DNA of 55,568 bases, from positions 1 to 55,568 of the IMG/VR virus record IMGVR_UViG_3300009157_000022. One strand, given 5' to 3'. The notes below the pieces were generated by a model, which saw nothing but the letters and a program-made list of their open reading frames with translations, did no database searches and was not told where the DNA came from. Position 1 is the stretch's first letter, and every line of letters starts with the position of its first letter. Made by a program: the position numbers and the translations under genes. Origin of the DNA: a virus. Lineage: Duplodnaviria > Caudoviricetes. Positions 25,811-34,505 of the stretch are shown piece by piece.

Positions 25811-27561
25811 GGTGTCTCCGTGAGGGTCATCGTGCGCGCGCTGGGGTTGGAGAGAGTGATGGTGCGGGGGACGTACGCGACCGCTGCCGCTGTCGACGAT
25901 CCCGCCGCGCTGCCCGAGGACGCCGAGATACCCGCGGTAGTTCCTTCGCCGGTTGCCGTCGACGTGCCCGCGGCCGAGCCGGTCGCCTCGGCCGTACTCG
26001 CGCCGACCCCTGTCGCACTGGAGTCGCCCGCCGCAGTGCCACTCGCTGCTGCGGTCGATGCCCCGACACCTGACGCTGACGACTCCGCGGCTGCCGATCC
26101 GCTCGCCGCAACGGTCGCCGCGCCTGTGCCGGTCGCCGTTGCGGTTCCCGCCGAGCTGCCAGAGCTCGCCGCTACGGACTCGCCGGTCGCCGCGGCAGTG
26201 GACGTGCCCGCGCTCGTGCCGGTCGCGGTATCGCCGCCGACGGTGGTGCCTTCGCCTACCGCGGTCGATGTACCGGCAGCAGATCCAGACGACTCGGCGA
26301 CAGACGCGCCGGTGCCTGTCGCGCTCGCAATCCCCGCGCTCGTACCGCTCGCGGTCGCGGTTGATTCGCCAGCGCCTGCCGCGGTTGCGGTACCGGCACT
26401 GGTTCCTGATGACGCCGCGGTCGACTCTCCGACTGCAGACGCTGCCGCCGATCCGGCCGCGGTTCCGCTCGATGTCGCAGTCGATTCACCGGCTGCCGAT
26501 GCTGCCGACGTGCCAGCCGCCGATCCGGCCGCCTCGATGACAGCCAGGCCGACGGCCGATGCGGTCGACTCGCCTGCCGAGGATCCAGAGCTTGCGGCAG
26601 TGGATGCGCCAACACCTGCGGCGGTAGCGGATCCTGAGGCGGTGCCGCTGCTCGTCGCCGTCGATTCGCCAGCGGCAGATGCACTCGCGATGCCTGCGGA
26701 TGTGCCGCTGCTCGCGGCCGTGGACTCGCCCGTCGCTGCGCCGATCGATGTGCCTGCGGCCGTGCCAGTTCCTGCGAGCACGGACTCGCCGACGGCGCTG
26801 GCGGACGACGATCCGGATACCGTACCTGACGACTCTGCGACGGACGCCCCGGTAGCGCTTGCGGTCGCACTGCCGGCAGACGTTCCGCTCGACTCTGCCG
26901 TGCTTTCTCCAGCCGCACTCGCCGAACCGACACCGGTGGCCGTTCCGCTGCTGGCGGCCGTGGATTCACCAACTGCACTTGCAGTTGACGATCCAGCGGA
27001 CGATCCATCTGCCTCGGTCGGCGCAGCAGTTTTGTCGGCAGTGATGCGCGGCGTGACCGTGTACGCCGCGAACACGCTACCGTTGAGCAGCACGCGAAAG
27101 TCGAGCGTGTCGGCGTCGCTGAGATCGGCCGAGACCAGCGTGATCGCGTAGAGCATCTCGGTGTGGTTGTTCGCCGTCAACTGCCGATCGGTGACGAGTC
27201 CGACCTCGCTGATCTCGCCCGCGACGAATGAGCCGCCGCCGGCCGATAGTCGATTCGTTGTCGTACCGGCGTCGGTCAAGCTGCCAGAGGCGAAGCCCTT
27301 CACGACCGCCGACGATGCGGTCACACTCACCCACGAGCCACTGTCGTTTAGCTCGTACTGAAGCTGATAGTCGTCAGTGGTTGCACCGCTGATCGATCCA
27401 GATCCGGACTCCTGAATGCCGTAGCGCAATAGCAGGTTCGAGTCCGACGTAACGAGACGCGTGATGTTCGTTGATTCGGCGTCGATCGCGACAGAGCCGG
27501 CTTCTGTTCCGTCCTCGTAGAACCGGAACGCACGTGCGGTACATGCGAAAACATTAGGCAC
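25807..27561 (-). CDS. Fibre protein with ~17-aa Gly/Ser/Ala/Thr repeats
   Basis: More than 20 copies of (S/A)GT(S/A)AG(T/S)(S/A)(T/S)A.A.GES(T/V)A. Confidence 0.75.
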
Positions 27562-27907
27562 GACGCGGTGCCTCGTTCATATGGCGCGCCGACTTTGGCG
27601 GCAGGTCGTCATCGTCGAGCGCGCGCTGGTAAATCGCCGAGTAGTTGCGATGCTCGGTGTTGCGACCCGCGAGCGTCTTTTTCCATCCGGGTCGACGAAG
27701 GTAATCCCATAGCCCGTAGAGATCGCAGCCGAACCAGCGATCGCGCTCCCAGTAGTAGAAGTCCTTGAGGTGGAGAATCTCGCGGCCAACGTCGGCGTCC
27801 GCTTGCGCGACGACGATCACGCCGTCGCACGGCGCGAGATCGACGGGCCCGTCGTACGTTGACCCGTCGTCGTAGTAAATTCGCCACTGAGACATGAGTC
27901 CTTTCAC
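27554..27907 (-). CDS. Hypothetical aromatic-rich protein
   Basis: WRIYYDDGS..FYYWE..WFGCD; in cassette. Confidence 0.6.
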   Translation of the reverse strand: MKGLMSQWRIYYDDGSTYDGPVDLAPCDGVIVVAQADADVGREILHLKDFYYWERDRWFGCDLYGLWDYLRRPGWKKTLAGRNTEHRNYSAIYQRALDDDDLPPKSARHMNEAPRRA

Positions 27908-27927
27908 CGGCAGTTAGCCGGCGAGGC

Positions 27928-28383
27928 TCACGCCTCGGAGATCGTTGTGGCAGTTGTCAACTGTGGCGTAACGCCTGCGCCGCACACGATGGTCGGTGAT
28001 ATCGCGCCGGCATAGAGCAGTTTGCCAGACCCGCCCGCCGAGTCAGTGCCGACACCGAAGAATGACGCGGTGCCGGATCCGCCGGTGCCTGCCGGGAATG
28101 TGATCGCGCCGTTTGGGATCACCGAACTGCCGGACACCGTCCACCCCGAAGAGGATCGCGCTTTCGCGACACGCGCATAGGACGTGTACGTGATCTCGCT
28201 CGCGGTCTGGTCGGCCGCCTCCTCGGTCGGATCGGCGGTGTGCAGCGAGACGTACAGCGATCCAGCGGTCGCGCTGCCGCGGAGTCCACCGGCGTCACCG
28301 ACGAGAGTGAAATCGGTATTGTTGAACAGGAGCAGGAGCAGGCCGTTTTCCCATTCGTCGGTTTTTCCAGCGATTGCGGTCAT
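27928..28383 (-). CDS. Virion fibre-associated protein
   Basis: LYVSLHTADP..EITYTSYARVA motif common in phage minor structural proteins. Confidence 0.7.
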   Translation of the reverse strand: MTAIAGKTDEWENGLLLLLFNNTDFTLVGDAGGLRGSATAGSLYVSLHTADPTEEAADQTASEITYTSYARVAKARSSSGWTVSGSSVIPNGAITFPAGTGGSGTASFFGVGTDSAGGSGKLLYAGAISPTIVCGAGVTPQLTTATTISEA

Positions 28384-28385
28384 GG

Positions 28386-28715
28386 CTACTTAGCTCCCTT
28401 GTTTTGATAGTGAAGAACGGCGAAGGCGAGATTCATGACGTCGACCGTCGACTCCGACAGAGGAAGTCGTTCGAGCGCCGCGATGACACGCTCGGCTGCT
28501 TCGCCTGCCTTCTCGAGCGTGAGCGGGACGCACTCGATCGAGTCGGTATCGACGACGCCGTTAGCGTCCTTGGTCGGCGGCGTGACGAAGTTCGGCAGGT
28601 AGAGCGCTGAGCCTTTTGCCCCTGCGTCCGCTTTGCCGATGTTCACGTCCTTGAATCGGATGGGTTGAATGACGGCGGTGACCACACCCTGAACGGGGGG
28701 AACTGGATCGCTCAT
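28386..28715 (-). CDS. Hypothetical protein, first gene of reverse cassette
   Basis: ATG 30 nt downstream of minus-strand AATCGACCC. Confidence 0.65.
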   Translation of the reverse strand: MSDPVPPVQGVVTAVIQPIRFKDVNIGKADAGAKGSALYLPNFVTPPTKDANGVVDTDSIECVPLTLEKAGEAAERVIAALERLPLSESTVDVMNLAFAVLHYQNKGAK

Positions 28716-28722
28716 GCTTAGG

Positions 28723-28811
28723 AGCGTCGCGCCAGGAGGTGCACGGGGTCGATTTCATCAGGTAGCGCGCGACGTCCGAAATCGACCCGCCCGCCCCGGA
28801 TCCGCACCCTT
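28723..28811. promoter_or_regulatory. Back-to-back pair of AATCGACCC-type promoters
   Basis: Minus motif 28754-28746 (GACGCT; ATG 28715); plus motif 28780-28788 (CACCCT; ATG 28817). Confidence 0.8.
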
Positions 28812-28816
28812 GGCGC

Positions 28817-30358
28817 ATGGGTGACGTCCTATCCGAGAGCATCGCGATCCGCATGGCCCCGCAGCCGACGCTCGGGACCGACCCGACGGCCGGTTGGGCA
28901 CAACTCCAGATCGACAAGGCGTCGCTCCAGAACTGGAAAAAGACGCTCCAGACTGTCGAGCGGAACATCCACTCCAAGTTCATGGTGCCCCGTAAGGGCG
29001 ATGTCGTGGGCTGGAGCGTGTCGCCCGCGCTCGCCCACGACTGCAACAAAGATTTCATGGATCTCGTTGCGGAGCCTGCGTTCCGCTGTGTAGGCCAGCA
29101 TCCCGGCGGCACCGATCAGCGCGTCTATCGCCCAACGGTGGTCGTCGACGGCGGCGGCTCCAACGACTCGTTCACTGTCCCGTCCAACGGCGCCCTTCCC
29201 AACGGCGTCCTAATCTACGCGCGCGGATTCACGAACACGGCGAATAACGCACTGTTTGTCACGGCGGGAACGTCCACCGCGACGGCGATCAAGGTCGCGA
29301 CCGCAACGCTCGTCGCCGAAGCGACTGCTCCGGCCAATGCCACGCTCGACGTGGTTGGGTTCCAGGGCGCGTCTGCCGACATCACGATGAACGCATCGGG
29401 GCACTTGACCTCCACGGTGCTCGATTTCACGACGCTCGATCTCAAGAAGGGCATGTTGCTCAAGATCGGCGGCACGGCATCCAACACGTTTTTCGCGACC
29501 GCCGCGATCAACGGATGGGCCTACATCGCCTCGACGCCGACCGCGAACCTGATCGAGCTCGAGGGCTGGACGTTCACTCCGGCGGCGGACACCGGCACAG
29601 GCAAGACGATCCAGATCTTTGCCTCGTCGCTCTATCGCAACTACGCGATCGACGATGCGGCCTACGCCAAGAAGTTGCTTGCTGGCGAGCTCGAGGAGCC
29701 GCTTGCGGGCGCCGACAGCACGACGCGGTACCAGTATCTCGAGGGCCTCCTGCCGAACACACTCGAGATTGCTGCACCGCTCAAGTCCAAGATCACGGCG
29801 ACGCTCAGCATGATCGGCACCGACGCCAGCGATCCCGTAGCGGTCGCGTCGCGCGTGGGCGGGGCGGGCTCGGTCGCCGGTGATTCCCCCGCGCAAGCCT
29901 ACTCGCCGCTCGCGACCGCGCTCATGGATACGGCGAACGATCTCGCGTTCATCCGCATCCGTGACTCCGGTGGCGCGCTGCTCGCCGAGGTCAACGACTG
30001 GAACCTGACGATCGGCAACGCGGTGTCGCCGAAGGAGGTGCAGGGGACGCCAGGCGCCGTCGGTCACCACGTCGGCGAGTTCACGCACAAGCTCACGACG
30101 ACCGCGTACTACACGGACTCCGATCAGGTTGCGGCCGCGGCCGACAACCGCGACTTGGACTTTGACGTCTGTCTGTGGAATCACCAGTTCGCGTTCGCGT
30201 TCCGGTTGCCCGCCTGCGCGATGCGCAACGACAATCGCCAATACGAGGCAAACATGCAGGTCAAGCTCAGCTTCGAGACGCCCGCCTTCGGTTCGGAATC
30301 GACGAACGTGGCTGGCCAGCTGTGCATCTTCGGATACGTACCGGGCAGCGAGTCGTGA
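28817..30358 (+). CDS. Major tail tube protein with inserted beta domains
   Basis: Precedes chaperone/TMP; WNLTIGN..TTAYY..FAFRLP C-terminal pattern. Confidence 0.8.
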   Translation: MGDVLSESIAIRMAPQPTLGTDPTAGWAQLQIDKASLQNWKKTLQTVERNIHSKFMVPRKGDVVGWSVSPALAHDCNKDFMDLVAEPAFRCVGQHPGGTDQRVYRPTVVVDGGGSNDSFTVPSNGALPNGVLIYARGFTNTANNALFVTAGTSTATAIKVATATLVAEATAPANATLDVVGFQGASADITMNASGHLTSTVLDFTTLDLKKGMLLKIGGTASNTFFATAAINGWAYIASTPTANLIELEGWTFTPAADTGTGKTIQIFASSLYRNYAIDDAAYAKKLLAGELEEPLAGADSTTRYQYLEGLLPNTLEIAAPLKSKITATLSMIGTDASDPVAVASRVGGAGSVAGDSPAQAYSPLATALMDTANDLAFIRIRDSGGALLAEVNDWNLTIGNAVSPKEVQGTPGAVGHHVGEFTHKLTTTAYYTDSDQVAAAADNRDLDFDVCLWNHQFAFAFRLPACAMRNDNRQYEANMQVKLSFETPAFGSESTNVAGQLCIFGYVPGSES

Positions 30359-30498
30359 GGCGGTTCGCCGGCTTCCCCCAAGTAGGCTAGAGCCACGCTG
30401 CCCCGGCCAGCGCCTCACGCGCCGGGTCCCTCGGGTAACGGGTAATCGAACTGTTTGTATGTCTGTTGCATGTTCGATTCGCGCACTATGATGCGTAC

Positions 30499-31326
30499 AT
30501 GGGGAGAGTTGTTGACCGAACAGGTCATGTATACGGCAAGCTGACGGTAATCACGCGAGCTCCAGACGACCGTTATCGGGGGTTTACTCGCACTCGCTGG
30601 CTTTGCCGTTGTGAATGCGGCTACGAGCAGGTTGTCTATGGCAGCAACTTGCGAATGGCGAGTGCCTGCCGTCATCCGCTGGCGCCGTCTGTGCTAGTTG
30701 GGCAGCGGTTTGGACGGTTATCCGTGATTGCCGATCTGGGCGGCGGGAAAGTCGAGTGTCGGTGCTCGTGCGGCGTCACCAAATCCTGTTACTCGCAGAG
30801 ACTGCGGAGCGGCATGTGGTCCTGTGGATGCGTTCGTAGGGAGTCCAAAGAAAAAAGAGAACGTGATCGCGCCGTCATCGATGCTGAGCGTTTTCGTCGT
30901 GCTGATACTGCGAGATCGATGCGTGCAATGAGGGCCTACGGGTCGTGGCGTGAGATGATCGGCCGATGTTCGAATCCTAAGCATACCGACTACGCGCAGT
31001 ACGGCGCTCGAGGCATCGATGTATGCGAGCGCTGGCTGTCGTTCGATGATTTTCTTGCGGACATGGGGGAACGCCCATATCGGACGACCATCGACAGGCG
31101 CAACAACGCGCTAGGGTATTCGCCGGGGAACTGTCGATGGGCGACGGCCACCGAGCAGAACCGGAATTCGCGGCAGTGCAAGCTAACACTCGCGCTGGCC
31201 AAAGAGGCTCTTGATAGTATACGAAACGGTGAATCGAGAATTTCAGTCGCGGCGAGGATGGGGGTTACAAAGGCCGCCGTTGCTGCGTTGTGCACTGGCG
31301 GTCGTGGAAAGAACTCGGCGGATTGA
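30499..31326 (+). CDS. Free-standing HNH homing endonuclease
   Basis: Two YGKLTV..WLCRCECG repeats; SWREMIGRC, YGARGIDVCERW, TIDRRNNALGYSPGNCRWAT. Confidence 0.9.
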   Translation: MGRVVDRTGHVYGKLTVITRAPDDRYRGFTRTRWLCRCECGYEQVVYGSNLRMASACRHPLAPSVLVGQRFGRLSVIADLGGGKVECRCSCGVTKSCYSQRLRSGMWSCGCVRRESKEKRERDRAVIDAERFRRADTARSMRAMRAYGSWREMIGRCSNPKHTDYAQYGARGIDVCERWLSFDDFLADMGERPYRTTIDRRNNALGYSPGNCRWATATEQNRNSRQCKLTLALAKEALDSIRNGESRISVAARMGVTKAAVAALCTGGRGKNSAD

Positions 31327-31338
31327 TGGCAGTACGGT

Positions 31339-31370
31339 AATCGACCCACTCGCCAACCGGAGTGAAAATC
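31339..31370 (+). promoter_or_regulatory. AATCGACCC-type promoter (chaperone/TMP)
   Basis: Motif 31339-31347, GAAAAT, ATG 36 nt downstream. Confidence 0.65.
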
Positions 31371-31383
31371 TCTTCCACCCAAC

Positions 31384-31797
31384 ATGTTCGATGATGACCT
31401 GTTCGATCACCTGACCCCGCGCGGCACGTTCGACATCGTGCTCCACGACGTGCACATCCCGCGCGACAGCGACAAGCCTGTCGTGCTCACCGCGAAGTTT
31501 GCTGGCAAGGGATCTCCGTACTGGAATGCGATGATGAAGCTCAAGCCGCTCGCGGATGCTACGGCGGCAACCGAGCGCGCGGCAACGCTGCTCGCGAAGC
31601 TGGCGATCGTGGGCTGGCAAAACGTTTCCAAGAATGGCGTTCCGGTCGTTTACTCGGCCGAACTCGGCGCCGAGGTGCTGCACAAGCTCATCCGTGCCAA
31701 GCGTGCCGAAAAGGTCGACTACGCGATCGCGGCGGCGATGAACCCCGATAACTACCGCGAGCCGATCGTCGAGGCGGTCGACCTGGGAAAAGAGTAG
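31384..31797 (+). CDS. Tail assembly chaperone (gpG-like)
   Basis: Position; AIVGWQNV..YSAE; ends at slippery site. Confidence 0.8.
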   Translation: MFDDDLFDHLTPRGTFDIVLHDVHIPRDSDKPVVLTAKFAGKGSPYWNAMMKLKPLADATAATERAATLLAKLAIVGWQNVSKNGVPVVYSAELGAEVLHKLIRAKRAEKVDYAIAAAMNPDNYREPIVEAVDLGKE

Positions 31798-32135
31798 ATG
31801 CGTGGCTCACATGGGAGCGGGGCACCGAAGGCATCCGCCGTCAGCTACGCATCAAAGAGCGCCCGCCGACCGCGATTGAACAGGAGACGCTCGACCGCAA
31901 CAAACCGGAGATCGACGATGCGTGCGAGTTGTGCCTCGAATGCTGGCACGACCTTGACTCGTGTCGGTCGTACGGATTCTCCGGTGCGGGTCCGGTCCCG
32001 TACACCGCGATCTTGGAGTGGTGTCGCTGGCAGGGTGTCGATCGCGAGCTGACCATGATCCTCCTCGACGTCATTCGGTATCTCGACGTGCAGCGTAGCG
32101 AACGCATCGCGAGCGAAAGGGAGATGAGAAAATGA
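31785..32135 (+). CDS. -1 frameshift extension of tail chaperone (gpGT-like)
   Basis: G GGA AAA at 31785-31791; -1 frame open to 32135 (RVDAWLTWERG..GPVPYTAILEWC). Confidence 0.8.
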   Translation, partial: GKRVDAWLTWERGTEGIRRQLRIKERPPTAIEQETLDRNKPEIDDACELCLECWHDLDSCRSYGFSGAGPVPYTAILEWCRWQGVDRELTMILLDVIRYLDVQRSERIASEREMRK

Positions 32136-34465
32136 GCCTCGACGTCCATATCAAGGTAGATCCAGGTGACTCGCTCGCAAAGATCACCGCGGTCGAGCGT
32201 GGGCTCAAGCAGGTCGAAAGCTGGGGCAAGTCAACCGAGCGGTCCACGACCGGGCTCGCAGGCGCGTTCGGCAAGCTCAGTGAAGCGCTCAAACGCGAGC
32301 ACGATATGCTCGATCGGATTCATGGTCCGTCGCGCCGCTACACCCAGGATCTGCAGACGCTCGACGCGCTGCTCCACAAGAACGTAATCTCGACGCAGCA
32401 CTACGCCGAGCAGGTGAAGCGGTTGAATCAAGAGATTGCGGCAACGCCAGAGCCGAGATCGATGCCGAGCGGCGGAGGAGGCGCCAGCGCCGCAATGGAT
32501 CTCGCGGGCGCGATGCCGGGCGGCGGCGTTATCGGTGCATTCGTTGGCGGCGGACTCGTTGGCGGTGCGGTGGCTGCACTCGGCGAACTCGGCTCGGCGA
32601 TCGGCAGCGTGTCCGAGGCGCTGACCGCGCATCGCGAGAAGGTGATCGCAGTCAAGGATAACTACATCGAGTTGTCAAATGCGGCGCGGAAGTTCACGGA
32701 TGGTGGATACGATACGAATCAGATTCTCGGCGAACAGCAGGCGCTAGCGCACGATCTTCATTCCAATCTAGGTGAGACGATCGGACTGTACGACGCTGTG
32801 CGCGATGGTGTCGACGAGATGAATCTGTCGCACGAGGAGCAACTGCGACTGACCAAGACACTCGGCGAGGGGTTCATCCTGGCAAACAAGTCCATCGGCG
32901 AAGCCAGCGGCGTGATGACCAAGTTCAGCTACGCGATGGCGTCCGGTTCGATCTCTGCGCTCGAGATGGAGACGATCATGAAACAGGCACCGGAGATCGC
33001 CAACCTGTGGACGTCGTCGCTCGGCATGACACGAAATGAACTCACGAAATTGGCGTCAGAAGGCAAGCTGCCGATCGAGACGCTTGTCCGCGTCCTGATC
33101 GACGGCGGCGGCAAAATGGACGAGCAGATGAAGCGTAACCAGCGCACGACCGCGGGCTGGCGCGAGGAGTACAAGGCAGCGTTTGAGCTAGCCAAAGGCG
33201 AGGGGAAGAACTCAATGGACGCCACGCGCGAGGCGATTGCTCGCACGGCCGACGCGTCGATCGATCTAGAGACACGGACACGGATGGCATTCAGCGTGCT
33301 CGAGGGCGGCGAGGCGGCGCTCCGTCCGTACGTCGGTCAGATGGTGATGCTTGCCGAGAGCAGTGATTTCTACAAGGCGTCGATCGTCGATCTGCCGACC
33401 TTCAATCAGGCGCTGACTCGTACCGCTGAGGGGTTCGCCCGGATCTCCGAATCGGCCCGCAACGCGCTACAAGGCAGCATTGTGGCGGGCGCAACCGCTG
33501 CCACGAAGGCGATGGGCCAACTCAGCGGCGCGGTTGTCGGTATCGCAGAAGCTTTTGCTAGCGATGGGTTCTTCGCTCTCGCTAAGGCTGTCGATCCGTG
33601 GTTCGTGGCACCTGAATCGCCAAAGAAAGCCGAAGCGGTCAAACAGAAGTTGATCGACATCAATCAGGTTGTGCGCGACGGCGCTGCGGCATGGGATGCG
33701 CAGTTCAAGGCGCAGCAGCGTGCGCTCCATGAGTTCGACGATGCGGCAGGGCTTGCGCAGCAAACCGAGAACGAAAAAGGAATCTCCGAGCGCATCGGCG
33801 TGCTGGACGAGGCCGACATCATGGTCCAGAACCAGGTCAACGAGATCCTAAACAAGAACCGCGAGGACATCGAAAAAAACGACGCGCAGATCGTCAAGAG
33901 CGCGCAGGAGGCCGCGGACAAGACTGCCGAAGCATGGGGCTCCGCACTCGGCGGCATCGGCAAGTCCTTTCTCGACGCCGCACTCGAGGGCGAACAATCG
34001 TTTGGCCAAATGGCCGAGCGCATGATGGTGGACATCTCGATGCTGATCATCAAAATGGCCGCGCTCGAGGCGATCAAGTCCGGCGTCGCGAGCGGATCAA
34101 TCGGATCCGGAACCGGCGGGTTCTTGTCCGCAATCTTCGGCGGCGCCAACGGCTTTGACTATGTGGCCAACTCGAACCGGCTCCAACTCCCCGGCTTTGC
34201 CACCGGCGGCTCATTCACGGTCGGCGGTGCCGGCGGGACGGATTCCAAGCTGGCCATGTTTCGGGTCACCCCCGGCGAGAGCGTGCATGTCAGGACGCCG
34301 CAACAGCAACAGGCGATGGCGCAACAGGGTCCGTCGCGCGGCCCGACGCAGGTCCTTGTCCAGATGCAGAACGATCGCCGCGATTTGGTCCAGGGCATGA
34401 ATAGCCGGGACGGAGAGCGCGTGCTCGTCAACCTAGATCGCAAGCTGCGGCGGGCCAGGCGTTGA
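32132..34465 (+). CDS. Tape measure protein
   Basis: Tape_meas-like core, helical, PGFATGG..TPGE C-terminus. Confidence 0.92.
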   Translation: MSLDVHIKVDPGDSLAKITAVERGLKQVESWGKSTERSTTGLAGAFGKLSEALKREHDMLDRIHGPSRRYTQDLQTLDALLHKNVISTQHYAEQVKRLNQEIAATPEPRSMPSGGGGASAAMDLAGAMPGGGVIGAFVGGGLVGGAVAALGELGSAIGSVSEALTAHREKVIAVKDNYIELSNAARKFTDGGYDTNQILGEQQALAHDLHSNLGETIGLYDAVRDGVDEMNLSHEEQLRLTKTLGEGFILANKSIGEASGVMTKFSYAMASGSISALEMETIMKQAPEIANLWTSSLGMTRNELTKLASEGKLPIETLVRVLIDGGGKMDEQMKRNQRTTAGWREEYKAAFELAKGEGKNSMDATREAIARTADASIDLETRTRMAFSVLEGGEAALRPYVGQMVMLAESSDFYKASIVDLPTFNQALTRTAEGFARISESARNALQGSIVAGATAATKAMGQLSGAVVGIAEAFASDGFFALAKAVDPWFVAPESPKKAEAVKQKLIDINQVVRDGAAAWDAQFKAQQRALHEFDDAAGLAQQTENEKGISERIGVLDEADIMVQNQVNEILNKNREDIEKNDAQIVKSAQEAADKTAEAWGSALGGIGKSFLDAALEGEQSFGQMAERMMVDISMLIIKMAALEAIKSGVASGSIGSGTGGFLSAIFGGANGFDYVANSNRLQLPGFATGGSFTVGGAGGTDSKLAMFRVTPGESVHVRTPQQQQAMAQQGPSRGPTQVLVQMQNDRRDLVQGMNSRDGERVLVNLDRKLRRARR

Positions 34466-34497
34466 AATCGACCCGCTAGTGGGTCCCGCGTGACGCT
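34466..34497 (+). promoter_or_regulatory. AATCGACCC-type promoter
   Basis: Motif 34466-34474, GACGCT, ATG 31 nt downstream. Confidence 0.75.
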
Positions 34498-34505
34498 CAG
34501 AGGCG

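Noticed and set aside
25820-27151. 443-aa Ala/Val/Pro/Asp repeat ORF on the plus strand
   Set aside because: Codon-aligned antisense of the repeat fibre gene; no promoter or operon context
25807-27561. Ice-nucleation protein
   Set aside because: Lacks the AGYGST 8/16-residue consensus; the period is 17
25149-28745. Invertase-controlled invertible segment
   Set aside because: No serine invertase in the window and no flanking inverted repeats found by eye
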